A DNA stretch of 64,000 nucleotides from an uncultured Micromonosporaceae bacterium (GTDB lineage: Bacteria > Actinomycetota > Actinomycetes > Mycobacteriales > Micromonosporaceae), in contig CAYTMR010000001.1 of NCBI GenBank assembly GCA_964438855.1, forward strand, positions 24,343 through 88,342, read 5' to 3'. The position numbers and the translations under genes are program-made. Shown here piece by piece: positions 41,156 through 50,300 of this stretch; position 1 is the first letter of the stretch, and every line of letters begins with the position of its first letter. The notes below the pieces were generated by a model. It saw only the letters and a program-made list of their open reading frames with translations. It was not told where the DNA came from and ran no database searches.

Positions 41156-41375
41156 GTGACGCGGCGCGGCCGTAGGGGGCCACGGCTGCCGCCCCTACCG
41201 CTCTGCGGGCATCACCACGTGGCCTGAGTGGACTAAAGGGAAGAGTTCCTTGCGCCTCGACCTCTGACCAGTCCGCTCCTTCGCATAAGGAACTAGCAGG
41301 CAACAGCGGCGGCGGTCACGGCAGTCACAAACCCATCCTGCTCGAGGACTTGACCGCCAATTATCCCTGTATCTT
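41156..41375 (-). mobile_element. Structured non-coding element, possible orphan IS110-family end (bridge-RNA-like); no transposase
   Basis: Two 8-bp stems with 32-35 nt loops plus a third hairpin; resemblance to actinobacterial IS110 left ends is from memory only. Confidence 0.35.
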
Positions 41376-41389
41376 CCAGACCCGACCCA

Positions 41390-41932
41390 TTAGCGGTCCT
41401 GGTAGGGCGGCTTGCGGAACGCCTGCTCGCACAGTCGGAAGTTCCCCTGCCGATCAAGCCGGTAGTCGTAGAGCTTGCCTCCTGCCCGCAGCTCCACCCA
41501 GTAACCGTCCACGATCACCTGGATGTACGCCATCCCCGGCTCAGGGCAGCCGAGGGAGCCGTCCGACCACTGGACCGTCTGATTCCGTACCACCTGGACT
41601 TCCGACCGCGCCACCCCGGCCCGCCGAGCGGCGTCCGCGATCACCGCCTCCAAATAACCGCTGGGCTCCTCCGCGGTGGTCGGCGTCCCCGCCCGGTCGT
41701 CCGCTTCCCTCTCCACAGGCGACGACGTATTACCGGCGTCCTCTGGGCTGGGCTCGACCTTGGCGGGCTCGGGGGATTCGGCGGGCTCCTGAGCGGGAGT
41801 GGTAGCCGATGGGCTCTCCGCGGTCGGCGACGGCGCCGAGGCCAGCTCAGCGGCCTCCTTGCCCCCACAGCCGGCCATGACCAGCATCGCCGCTAGCGCG
41901 CACCCTAGCCAACTCGTACGTCTCATGATCAT
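41390..41932 (-). CDS. Putative lipoprotein
   Basis: Signal with lipobox MAGC, Pro/Ser/Glu linker, WSDGSLGCPEPGMAY..V..GY domain. Confidence 0.8.
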   Translation of the reverse strand: MIMRRTSWLGCALAAMLVMAGCGGKEAAELASAPSPTAESPSATTPAQEPAESPEPAKVEPSPEDAGNTSSPVEREADDRAGTPTTAEEPSGYLEAVIADAARRAGVARSEVQVVRNQTVQWSDGSLGCPEPGMAYIQVIVDGYWVELRAGGKLYDYRLDRQGNFRLCEQAFRKPPYQDR

Positions 41933-42022
41933 GGGACGTTACCCCGCAACCGCAGGTTCCATACCGATGTCGCCTTGGTTATCGGTCACGACTGCCCACC
42001 GCCGCGCTTACGCCTCTCAGAC

Positions 42023-42038
42023 TAGAACAGGTGTACCA
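42023..42038. promoter_or_regulatory. Candidate LexA (SOS) box
   Basis: TAGAACAGGTGTACCA versus actinobacterial consensus TCGAAC-N4-GTTCGA (3 mismatches); upstream of the Mrr-like gene. Confidence 0.4.
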
Positions 42039-42120
42039 GCCCTACCCGTCACCACGGAGTGTCGTACCCAGGTGGTAGGTAGAGTGCGCCATCCCGATCC
42101 GCGCCGACCTGGAGGCAGCC

Positions 42121-42795
42121 ATGGCACCCCCACGTTCCCGTCGACGCGCCACATCCACCCGGCGTCGGTCCCGCCGGCCAGACCCGTCCCTGCTGGCCGT
42201 CGCTGCGATCGCGGCCCTGCTGGTGGGGGTGGCGGTGGTGGACTGGTTGCGGGAGCACCCGACGGTGCGGACGGCTCTCTTGGTGGGGGTGGTGCTGGTC
42301 GGCGCCACCGCGCTCACGCTCTACCTGAGCTGGCAGGTCGCCAAGCGACGCCGCCGGCTGGCGCTGACCCGCAGCATCGAGGTGGCGGACCGCTTGACCG
42401 GACCGCAGTTCGAACAGTGGGTCGCCGATCTGCTGGTCCGTAGTGGGTTCACTCAGGTGACGGTGTCCGGCGGCGCCGGTGACCTCGGCGCCGATGTCAC
42501 CGCGCGGGCCCCGGACGGGCGGCGGGTGGTCATCCAGTGCAAGCGGTACGCGGTTGACCGGCGGGTCGGCAGTCCAGACGTGCAACGCTTCGCCGGCACC
42601 GCATGGCAGCTGCACGGGGCGGACATTCCCGCCATCGTCACCACCAGCACCTTCACGCAACCAGCCGTCGACGCCGCCGCCCGGTTGGGGATTCGGCTGG
42701 TCGACCGGGAGTTGCTCGCCCGCTGGGCTACCGACGGTTTGGTGCCGGTGGCGCTCGCTCACCGCCTGGCCCCCGATCCGGAGCCGGAAGTCTAA
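42121..42795 (+). CDS. Membrane-anchored Mrr-like (Mrr_cat) restriction endonuclease
   Basis: Two TM helices, then QFEQWV, GDLGADV, VIQCKRY, VTTSTFT, LVDRELL. Confidence 0.88.
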   Translation: MAPPRSRRRATSTRRRSRRPDPSLLAVAAIAALLVGVAVVDWLREHPTVRTALLVGVVLVGATALTLYLSWQVAKRRRRLALTRSIEVADRLTGPQFEQWVADLLVRSGFTQVTVSGGAGDLGADVTARAPDGRRVVIQCKRYAVDRRVGSPDVQRFAGTAWQLHGADIPAIVTTSTFTQPAVDAAARLGIRLVDRELLARWATDGLVPVALAHRLAPDPEPEV

Positions 42796-42856
42796 AACTG
42801 TCAGTCCCGCCCGATATCGTGGCGCGCCATCCAGGACTGTCCAAGGAGGTGCAGCG

Positions 42857-45800
42857 ATGTCAGGCGCTGGCCACATGGCACTGCCTGATGAGGACACACT
42901 CACGTTCCCGCGCGCGTGGCGATCCAAAATCATTCCGCGCCGAGGCAGGCCAACCAGCCAGGACTTCACGCTGCGCCCGGCGCCCGAACCGTCAGTGCCG
43001 CAGAACCAGGCCTTCGCCGAACTGCTCGCACAGCCGGACAGTGATCCCGAGCTGGTCAGCGCGACCCGCCAGGTGCTCGCTGACCATCGTCAGGCCACTC
43101 CCCCAGGAGTGGCGGTGCTGCTGCTGGGACAGCTGCAGTTGGACGGCCTGACGGCCTCACAGCAGCAGGCTGAACTGGACTACTGGCTGGCGTCACGAGG
43201 GGCAGCGTTCATGGTCAGCACGCTGCTGGAGCTGCTCGATCTGATGATCACCGCCAAATCTTATCGCCGGTTCACGCTGCACCGGCGGAGTCGACACTCG
43301 GCCAGAAGTCCTTTCCCGGTCTATGCGACATGCGAACCCATGGCGCTGCGGCTGCGCGCATACCTCGCCCACAGCAGCGACCAGGAGTACACCGAGGCGT
43401 GCGCCGCTGCGGCACACTATCGCGATCGGGATCTTGACACCCGGGTGATGACCTCGTTCCTCTTCCCTACCCGGACCGATTGGGTGGACGCGGACTCTGC
43501 CGCCGTCGCGATCAGTGGCGACAAGACGCTCGCGTCCACACTGTGGTGCGCGGTCAGTTCGCCAGAGCAACTGCGGCAGATCCATGAACATGTTCTCCCC
43601 TCGCGGCTGGCGCACCGGCTAGACAAATTTGTGACCGGGGTGGACGGGGTGGGGCCTGCCATCGCGCCGTTCCTCATCTCTTGGTGGGAGCGGGCGGACT
43701 GCTCCGCCGCGTTCCGCCAGCAGCTGCTGACAATGCTGACTCACCTCCCCACCGACGAGGCGATGCGGGAGCTGGTTGCCCGGCTTGACCAGTCGTCGGT
43801 ACGCGCCAGCTTTGTGGAGGCGCAGCAACGGTTCCCGGTGCGGGCGCTGCGGATACTCGTCGAGGCGATCGCCGATAAGACCGTTGCCGAGCAGCTCGCG
43901 GGCCCGCTGCTGCGAGCCCAGGTGGCCCGCCACCCCGAGCTGGTGGCGACGGCCCTGCCGGCGCTGCCGGCGGCCGCCGCTGCCTACCTTGCGCAGGTCG
44001 CGGCGGAGGCCCGCGGAGGCCACCACACCGATGTCCCGTTCGCGCCGGCTGACTCCCTCCCGTCGGTACTCGTTGACCCGCCGTGGCGTGGGAAACACTC
44101 GACCGAAAAGGCACCGGTGGTCTCAGACCTGACCCCACCGAGCGGGACAGAGCTGGTGTGGGAGCCCGGCGAACAGGAATCCTGGCTCACCAGCCGCCCC
44201 ACCATCCTGGAAGACGTTCGTGAAAACTGGGAGAAGTACGCCGCGCAGTACCGCACGGGTACGTTGTCGCCGTACCTTGAGGATGATTTCTTCCTCGAAG
44301 CGCCAGCCGACATTCCCCGAGAGTGGGTCGCCAGTTGGCGCCCCCGATACCCATACGATCCGGAGCGGTGGCTACCGAAATTCGTCGCTCGGTATGAACA
44401 GGACGCGCTGCCGGCGCTGTGGCATGTGGCGAAGAAGCAGCCGGTGTCGGCAGCCCCCTTCCTCATGCCGTTCGCCAACGTGGAGATCGCCCTCCAGATG
44501 GCGGACTGGCTCAGCCGCACCCGGACCGTCCGTGCTACTGCGCTGACATGGCTGCGCCGCCATCCGACTTTCGCTGCCCGGGCGCTGATTCCGGCCGCGT
44601 TGGGGAAACCGGGGCGGCGGCGCCGCGCGGCTGAGCAGGCGCTACGCACGCTCGCCGAGACCCACCGGGATGAGGTCCTGGCCGCGGCCAGGGAGTACGG
44701 CGAGGCGGCGCTCGCCGGGGTGGAATCGCTCCTCACCGCTGACCCCCTGGCTTCCCTACCCGCCCAAGTCCCGCACTTGCCGTCCTGGGTGGATCCGGTG
44801 CTGCTGCCGCCGGTGCTCGTGCGGGACCGGACCAGCGTGCTGCCGCCGGAGGCGGTGCGTCACCTGTGCACCATGCTGGCACTATCCACTATTGACGAGC
44901 AGTACGCCGGGGTGGCGCCGGCCAAGGAAGCCTGCGATCCGTCTTCTCTGGCCGAGTTCGCCTGGGCCTTGTTCGAACAGTGGCGGTCGGCGGGGATGCC
45001 GTCGCAGGAGCGCTGGGCCTTCACCGCCCTCGCCTGGCTGGGGGACGACCAGACGGTGCACCGGCTCGATCCGCTCATCCGGGTCTGGCCAGGTCAAGGC
45101 AAACACCCCCATGCCGTCACCGGTCTCGACGTCTTGGCCCGCATCGACACCGATGCTGCGCTGCGACAACTGGCCGACATTGCCCGGAAAGCCAAGTTCA
45201 AAGCCCTGCGGGAACAGGCTCAGCAGAAGCTGACGGAGGCGGCGGCCAGGCGTGGTCTCACCGCTGCGCAGTTGGAGGATCGGCTGGTGCCGGACCTCGG
45301 CCTGGACGAGCGCGGCAGCCTGACCCTCGACTACGGCCCCCGCCGATTCACCGTCGGCTTCGACGAACAACTCACACCATACGTCCTGGACCAGACCGGC
45401 AAACCACACAAAACCCTACCGAAACCCGGACGTCGAGACGATCCACAGCTCGCCCCCACCGCCTACCAGCGCTTCCGCACCTTGAAGAAAGAGGTACGGG
45501 CGCTGGCTGCCAGCCAGATCACCCGCCTGGAGCAGGCGATGGTCAACCAGCGGCGCTGGTCGTTCACCCAATTCCGCGAGCTGCTGATGAACCATCCACT
45601 GATGTGGCACCTCGTCCGCCGGCTGGTGTGGGGGTGGTTCGACGGCGACACGGTGGCCGGCTTCCGGGTAGCAGAAGACCGCAGCCTGGCCGATGTCAAC
45701 GACGAGACCCTACGACTCGACGACGACGCGATCGTCGGGGTCGCCCACCCACTCCACCTCGACGAAACCGTGCCGACCTGGTCGGAGATCTTCGCCGACT

Positions 45801-46213
45801 ACGAGCTGCGGCAACCATTCCCCCAACTCGGCCGCAAGACCCACACCCTCACCGCATCAGAACAGCAGGCCGAAACCCTCGACCGCTTCCACGGCCTGAC
45901 CGTACCGACCGGAAAACTGCTGGGACTGGAACGACGCGGCTGGCGCCGGGCGGCCCCCCAAGATGGCGGGCTCCAACCGTGGCTGCTGCGACCCCTACCC
46001 AACGGCTGGGCAGCGGTGATCAACCTCGAACCAGGCATCATCATCGGCCAGCCCCACACGTTCCCAGAACAGCAGCTCACCACAGTCTGGCTTGATGAGC
46101 ACGGACTGGGTGACTGGCAGCGACGGAACGCGCGGCGGTTCGGGGAACTCGACCCGGTCACCGCCTCCGAACTCCTCCGCGAACTCACCGACGTGGCGGG
46201 AGAGGAGCCATGA
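42857..46213 (+). CDS. DUF4132 domain protein (MolR/YehI-like)
   Basis: LEDRLVPDLGLD, LDYGPRRF, RLEQAMV..RRW, VRRLVW, FADYELRQPFPQLGR; AAGGAGG RBS. Confidence 0.88.
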   Translation: MSGAGHMALPDEDTLTFPRAWRSKIIPRRGRPTSQDFTLRPAPEPSVPQNQAFAELLAQPDSDPELVSATRQVLADHRQATPPGVAVLLLGQLQLDGLTASQQQAELDYWLASRGAAFMVSTLLELLDLMITAKSYRRFTLHRRSRHSARSPFPVYATCEPMALRLRAYLAHSSDQEYTEACAAAAHYRDRDLDTRVMTSFLFPTRTDWVDADSAAVAISGDKTLASTLWCAVSSPEQLRQIHEHVLPSRLAHRLDKFVTGVDGVGPAIAPFLISWWERADCSAAFRQQLLTMLTHLPTDEAMRELVARLDQSSVRASFVEAQQRFPVRALRILVEAIADKTVAEQLAGPLLRAQVARHPELVATALPALPAAAAAYLAQVAAEARGGHHTDVPFAPADSLPSVLVDPPWRGKHSTEKAPVVSDLTPPSGTELVWEPGEQESWLTSRPTILEDVRENWEKYAAQYRTGTLSPYLEDDFFLEAPADIPREWVASWRPRYPYDPERWLPKFVARYEQDALPALWHVAKKQPVSAAPFLMPFANVEIALQMADWLSRTRTVRATALTWLRRHPTFAARALIPAALGKPGRRRRAAEQALRTLAETHRDEVLAAAREYGEAALAGVESLLTADPLASLPAQVPHLPSWVDPVLLPPVLVRDRTSVLPPEAVRHLCTMLALSTIDEQYAGVAPAKEACDPSSLAEFAWALFEQWRSAGMPSQERWAFTALAWLGDDQTVHRLDPLIRVWPGQGKHPHAVTGLDVLARIDTDAALRQLADIARKAKFKALREQAQQKLTEAAARRGLTAAQLEDRLVPDLGLDERGSLTLDYGPRRFTVGFDEQLTPYVLDQTGKPHKTLPKPGRRDDPQLAPTAYQRFRTLKKEVRALAASQITRLEQAMVNQRRWSFTQFRELLMNHPLMWHLVRRLVWGWFDGDTVAGFRVAEDRSLADVNDETLRLDDDAIVGVAHPLHLDETVPTWSEIFADYELRQPFPQLGRKTHTLTASEQQAETLDRFHGLTVPTGKLLGLERRGWRRAAPQDGGLQPWLLRPLPNGWAAVINLEPGIIIGQPHTFPEQQLTTVWLDEHGLGDWQRRNARRFGELDPVTASELLRELTDVAGEEP

Positions 46214-46242
46214 CGTGTGGCAGCGAGGTGCTAGGGCACCGG

Positions 46243-46908
46243 TCACCCCATCCACAACCCGCCGTTGATGTCGACGGTGGCCCCGTTGACATAGCTGGCG
46301 GCGTCACTCAGCAGAAAGGCGATGACCTCGGCCACCTCCACCGGTTCGGCGGCGCGCCCCAGCGGGATCTGCGCCACGAGCTGGGACATCTCCGTGTCTG
46401 ACAGCCGAGCGGTCATGGGAGAGTGCACCGGCCCGGGAGCGACCGCGTTGGACCGGATCCCGCGCCCCCCGAACTCCTTGGCGATATTCCAGCTCAGTGC
46501 TATCACTCCGGCCTTCGCCGCAGCGTAGGCCGGCCCTGAGAGGGTGTTGCCGCCGTGACGACCGTTGACCGAACTCATCAGTACGATCGCCCCGCTGCCG
46601 GCGTCCAGCATGTACGGCAGGACCGCGCGAGTCACCGTGTATGCGGCGGTGAGGTTGTCCTCCACGGTGGCGCGCCACTGTTCGGGTGTCGTGTCCAGCA
46701 GTCCGCCGTATCCCACGCTTCCGGCCAGGTACGCCAACCGGGTCGGCGGTGCCGGGAGCTGGTCGAGGAACGCCCGGACCTGGGACTCGTCGGTGGCATC
46801 CACCCCGTCGACCCGGTCGAGCACGTACACCTGCGCGTAAGTCTGCCGGAGCAACTCCACCACGGCGGAGCCGATCGCTCCCCGCCCACCGACGACCAGT
46901 GCGTTCAT
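46243..46908 (-). CDS. SDR oxidoreductase
   Basis: GGRGAIG, YAAAK, NAVAPG, DINGG. Confidence 0.92.
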   Translation of the reverse strand: MNALVVGGRGAIGSAVVELLRQTYAQVYVLDRVDGVDATDESQVRAFLDQLPAPPTRLAYLAGSVGYGGLLDTTPEQWRATVEDNLTAAYTVTRAVLPYMLDAGSGAIVLMSSVNGRHGGNTLSGPAYAAAKAGVIALSWNIAKEFGGRGIRSNAVAPGPVHSPMTARLSDTEMSQLVAQIPLGRAAEPVEVAEVIAFLLSDAASYVNGATVDINGGLWMG

Positions 46909-47591
46909 GAGCGCCGCGTCCTCGTGTTCACGTCCATCAGGGCGCCGGTGGGGGTGATACGACCGCTCTCAATGGCGCTCAGCCACAGGTCCGTAGCCCA
47001 CAGCAGGGTGTTGGCACCGCAGGGCAGCAACAGGTAACTGACCGCTTCCGCCAGGCACCGCTCGTCGATCCCGTCGGCGTACAGCCGCCCGAGGTGGTGC
47101 AGGAAAGCGTCCTCCTCCTCCCGCACCCCGTGAGTGAGCAGCGCGATCAACTGCACTTCCTGCGCTGACAGGTGGGGTGCGGCCACCTCCAGGAGAGCGT
47201 CGTACCGACTGAGGTGGTCGAGCGGGAGGGTGTGTCCCCAGGCGCGGTGGGCGAAGAAGAGCGGCCGCCATGCCGCGGCGGCCCCGGCGACGGCGACCGC
47301 CTCGGCCATCTCGTCAGCGCTCAGCCCGGCGTCGTAGCCACGCTCCACGTGGAGGGTGCCGACGTTCTCTTCGTCGGTGGCCAGGAGGCCTACCCAGATC
47401 AGCTCTCGTTCCCGGGGTGAGAGGTACCGCTGATCCAGCGCGAATCGCCGGTAGAGCCGGGCGTACGCCTCCAGGAACGCCGGCTCGGTACGCGCGTAGA
47501 TCTCGTGGTACGACAGGGTGTATCCACGCTCGTCCCGGATGGTCGCCAGCTGCTGGCGGTAGTCCGGGGGTGGTTCGGGCGGTGCGGGCAT
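46905..47591 (-). CDS. Carboxymuconolactone decarboxylase (CMD/AhpD-like) tandem-domain protein
   Basis: LSPRERELIWVGLL..HVERG..AGLSADEMAEA repeated in degenerate form; no CxxC; overlaps both neighbours. Confidence 0.7.
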   Translation of the reverse strand: MPAPPEPPPDYRQQLATIRDERGYTLSYHEIYARTEPAFLEAYARLYRRFALDQRYLSPRERELIWVGLLATDEENVGTLHVERGYDAGLSADEMAEAVAVAGAAAAWRPLFFAHRAWGHTLPLDHLSRYDALLEVAAPHLSAQEVQLIALLTHGVREEEDAFLHHLGRLYADGIDERCLAEAVSYLLLPCGANTLLWATDLWLSAIESGRITPTGALMDVNTRTRRS

Positions 47592-48397
47592 CAGGCCTGC
47601 CCCAGGAGGCTCGGGTGCAGTGACGGGTCGCTGTCGTAGCACGCCGGGATGAGGGTCTCCAGGTCGCATCCGGGCAGCGGGTCCCGGTAGTCGGTGCTGC
47701 CGTGCGCGTTCTTGCGGATGAGCGACAGGTTGCCGGTACGGCTGTAGAGCGGGCCGTGCCACGTCTCCGGGCTGCGGAAGAAGTAGCCGCCCGGCTTGAC
47801 CACCCCACGACGTCCGAGGAGCAGATCACCAGCGATCTTGAAAGACTCCTCGTAGACCGGGTGCTTCTCCTCCATGGGGGCGCGGTAGCCGGGGAGCATC
47901 CCGACGAGGAAGACGATGCCCGTGTCGTCCCGCCGTAGCCATCGAATCTTGACGTCGGCCGGTTGAGGCTCGTCGCCACGCCAACTCATCGACGTCCACT
48001 CGTCTCGGCTTTCTTGGAGCACGGTGAGCTTCCCCGAGCCCTGCCCTGGTTCGAACTCCGGGCTGCCGTGCGGGCCGAAGAACAGGACGGTACGCCCCGG
48101 GCCGGGCACCCAGTCCAGTTCGGTCATGGCTTCGGCGTACAGGTAGGTGCCGGGGGCGTAGGGCTGGTCATTGACCATTCCCCGGCCGGCGAGCACAAAG
48201 AAGTCGCAACTGTGGCGAAGCACTCCTCGCTGGCGGTTGGTGAACGCGATCAGGTCGGTACGCGCGCCGTCCTCCTCGTCTACCGAGAGGGTCTTGCGTA
48301 GGCCGCCGCCGTGGTCAGCGCCGAAGAGCCCGGCCGGCACGGAGCTCCACGGCAGATCCTGGCTAGCGATGAAGTCGACGTCTGGACGGTTCCACAT
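47591..48397 (-). CDS. Tandem cupin protein (DUF4437/ChrR-cupin-like)
   Basis: KTLSVDEEDGART, HPVYEESF..GDL, GGYFFRSPETWHGP. Confidence 0.7.
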   Translation of the reverse strand: MWNRPDVDFIASQDLPWSSVPAGLFGADHGGGLRKTLSVDEEDGARTDLIAFTNRQRGVLRHSCDFFVLAGRGMVNDQPYAPGTYLYAEAMTELDWVPGPGRTVLFFGPHGSPEFEPGQGSGKLTVLQESRDEWTSMSWRGDEPQPADVKIRWLRRDDTGIVFLVGMLPGYRAPMEEKHPVYEESFKIAGDLLLGRRGVVKPGGYFFRSPETWHGPLYSRTGNLSLIRKNAHGSTDYRDPLPGCDLETLIPACYDSDPSLHPSLLGQA

Positions 48398-48480
48398 GGC
48401 AGCCTCCCAACCTTCCCCAGTGCTTCGCTCGCCGCTGCGACTTGTTCGCCCTACAGAAACGATGGTTGCGCGAGCGGAAT

Positions 48481-48517
48481 CACACTGGATAGTGTGCTGC
48501 CACTACCGCGTTGTCAA
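48481..48517 (-). promoter_or_regulatory. Sigma70-type promoter TTGACA-N17-CACTAT with overlapping palindrome CACACT-GGAT-AGTGTG
   Basis: On the minus strand -35 at 48517-48512 and -10 at 48494-48489; inverted repeat 48481-48496 in the divergent intergenic region. Confidence 0.55.
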
Positions 48518-48564
48518 GTCATGCGGATCCTTCCGTGTCGAGAGATGAAGGTGGTGTCACCCGA

Positions 48565-49320
48565 ATGACCAGCACCTCACACTCCACTTCTCCGACCGGC
48601 ACGACTCCCGCCTCACCCGGGATCGGGGCACTGCTGCCGCCCGACAACCCCACCGTCGCGCGTGAGCTACGGGCCCTGGTTCCGCCTGATCTCCGGGTGG
48701 AGACCGTGCCGTTACCACCGCAGGAGGGGGAACTGCGCGAACGCCTGCTCGGCTACAACCAGGTGCTGACCGAGGCCACCCGTTCGTTGCGCGACTCCCA
48801 GCGCGACGTGGTGTACTTCGCATGTACCGGTTCCTCGTACCTGGTGGGGCCGGACCGGGATCCCGAGCTGCAGGCGGCGCTCGTCGCCGGCGGGGCCACC
48901 CGCCCGCTCACCGCTGCCCAGGCCATCCTGGATACCCTCTCTGACCTGGGAAAACGTCGAGTGTTGGTGGTCTCGCCGTACCCGGACTGGCTGACCGACC
49001 TGGCGGTGCAGTACTGGAACGCCGCCGGGTTGACCGTCGCCGGAGTCAGCAAGGTGTCCGCACCGCAGGGCATCTACGCCCTCCGCACCGCCGAGGTGGT
49101 CGCCGCCCTACGCGAGCTACGCCCAGAGCCAGGAACCTGCGTTCTTCTTAGCGGTACGGGCATGCCGACAATTGACGCCATCAGTACAGTCGGTGACAAG
49201 CTGGGTGTCCCGGTTATTTCCTCATCACTCGCCGCCGGCTACCAAGCGTTGCGGCGACTCGATCACCCCGTAGGTAAGGCGTCCTGCCTGGCTAACGACC
49301 TCATTGGGCGCTGGCTCTGA
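48565..49320 (+). CDS. Asp/Glu racemase / maleate isomerase / AMDase superfamily protein (single catalytic Cys)
   Basis: PPDNPTV, YFACTGSSY, VSPYP, LLSGTGMPT, PVISS. Confidence 0.85.
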   Translation: MTSTSHSTSPTGTTPASPGIGALLPPDNPTVARELRALVPPDLRVETVPLPPQEGELRERLLGYNQVLTEATRSLRDSQRDVVYFACTGSSYLVGPDRDPELQAALVAGGATRPLTAAQAILDTLSDLGKRRVLVVSPYPDWLTDLAVQYWNAAGLTVAGVSKVSAPQGIYALRTAEVVAALRELRPEPGTCVLLSGTGMPTIDAISTVGDKLGVPVISSSLAAGYQALRRLDHPVGKASCLANDLIGRWL

Positions 49321-49356
49321 CCGGACGGCTGGCGCTGATTCCGCCGACTTTCTCCC

Positions 49357-49385
49357 TTGACGGTGCATAGGACAGCCGCTAGCGT
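49357..49385 (+). promoter_or_regulatory. Sigma70-type promoter TTGACG-N17-TAGCGT
   Basis: Near-consensus hexamers at exact 17-nt spacing; imperfect palindrome TGTACGAGTCATCGGAACA at 49409-49427 downstream. Confidence 0.55.
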
Positions 49386-49492
49386 CTCGGTATCAACCTG
49401 AGGAACGGTGTACGAGTCATCGGAACAGCCGCGCTGCGACTGGCGACCGACATCGAAGACAACCCCTGTCTGGCGCACGAGAGCAGGTGCCC

Positions 49493-50242
49493 ATGTACGG
49501 CTGGCGAACCCGGATTGGGCTGATCATTCCACACGTCAACATGACCTTGGAGCCTGAGATCAACTCGGTGCTTCCCGCAGGCACGTCGGCGCACGCGGCC
49601 CGTATGGTCATTCCCCAGCTCGACCCGGAGGGGTTACGCCGCATGGCGGAAGACTCCGTTCGGGCCGCCGAGCAGCTGGCAGAGCTCGACGCCGACGTGG
49701 TGGTGTTCGGCTGCACCTCCGGAAGCTTCATTGAGGACCGCGCCTACGAGGCCGATCTGGTGCGCCGCATCTCCGAGACGACAGGCTGCCCTGCGTTATC
49801 CACCACCGGGGCCAGCGTCCACGCCTTGCGGACCCTGGGGGTCGACCGGATCGCGGTGGCCACCCCCTACGACGACACCATCAATCAACGGTTGGCCAAT
49901 TTCTTCACCTCCGAGGGGTTCGACCTTGTCTCCCTGGTCGGCTTGGGCTTACGAGACCGGTACGCCCAGCCGCCGTTGACCCGCAGGCCGGTCTCGGCCA
50001 TCGCACAGCAGAGCGAAGAGCTGGTCTACCGACTGGCCCGCTCCGCTGTCCGGCCAGGCGCGCAGGCGCTGTTCATCAGCTGCACCAACCTGCCCACCCT
50101 CGGCATCATCACTCGCCTGGAACAGGACCTGGGTCTACCCGTCGTCACCGCGAACCAAGCCACCATCTGGGCCGCCTGCCGGCAGGCCGGCCTTGGGGAG
50201 CTCTCCCCCACGCTCGGCACGATCAGCAGCCTGAAGCCCTAG
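49493..50242 (+). CDS. Maleate cis-trans isomerase family protein (two catalytic Cys)
   Basis: RIGLIIPHVN..LEPE, FGCTSGS, ATPY, ISCTNL, PVVTANQA. Confidence 0.9.
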   Translation: MYGWRTRIGLIIPHVNMTLEPEINSVLPAGTSAHAARMVIPQLDPEGLRRMAEDSVRAAEQLAELDADVVVFGCTSGSFIEDRAYEADLVRRISETTGCPALSTTGASVHALRTLGVDRIAVATPYDDTINQRLANFFTSEGFDLVSLVGLGLRDRYAQPPLTRRPVSAIAQQSEELVYRLARSAVRPGAQALFISCTNLPTLGIITRLEQDLGLPVVTANQATIWAACRQAGLGELSPTLGTISSLKP

Positions 50243-50300
50243 CGCGGCCCTCGTGCACCAGCCCTAGCTGAGATTCGACACCTCGTACCTGGAGCTCACG

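Noticed and set aside
41156-41375. SAM riboswitch upstream of the methyltransferase
   Set aside because: No SAM-I or SAM-IV consensus elements recognised; kept only as an IS110-end-like candidate
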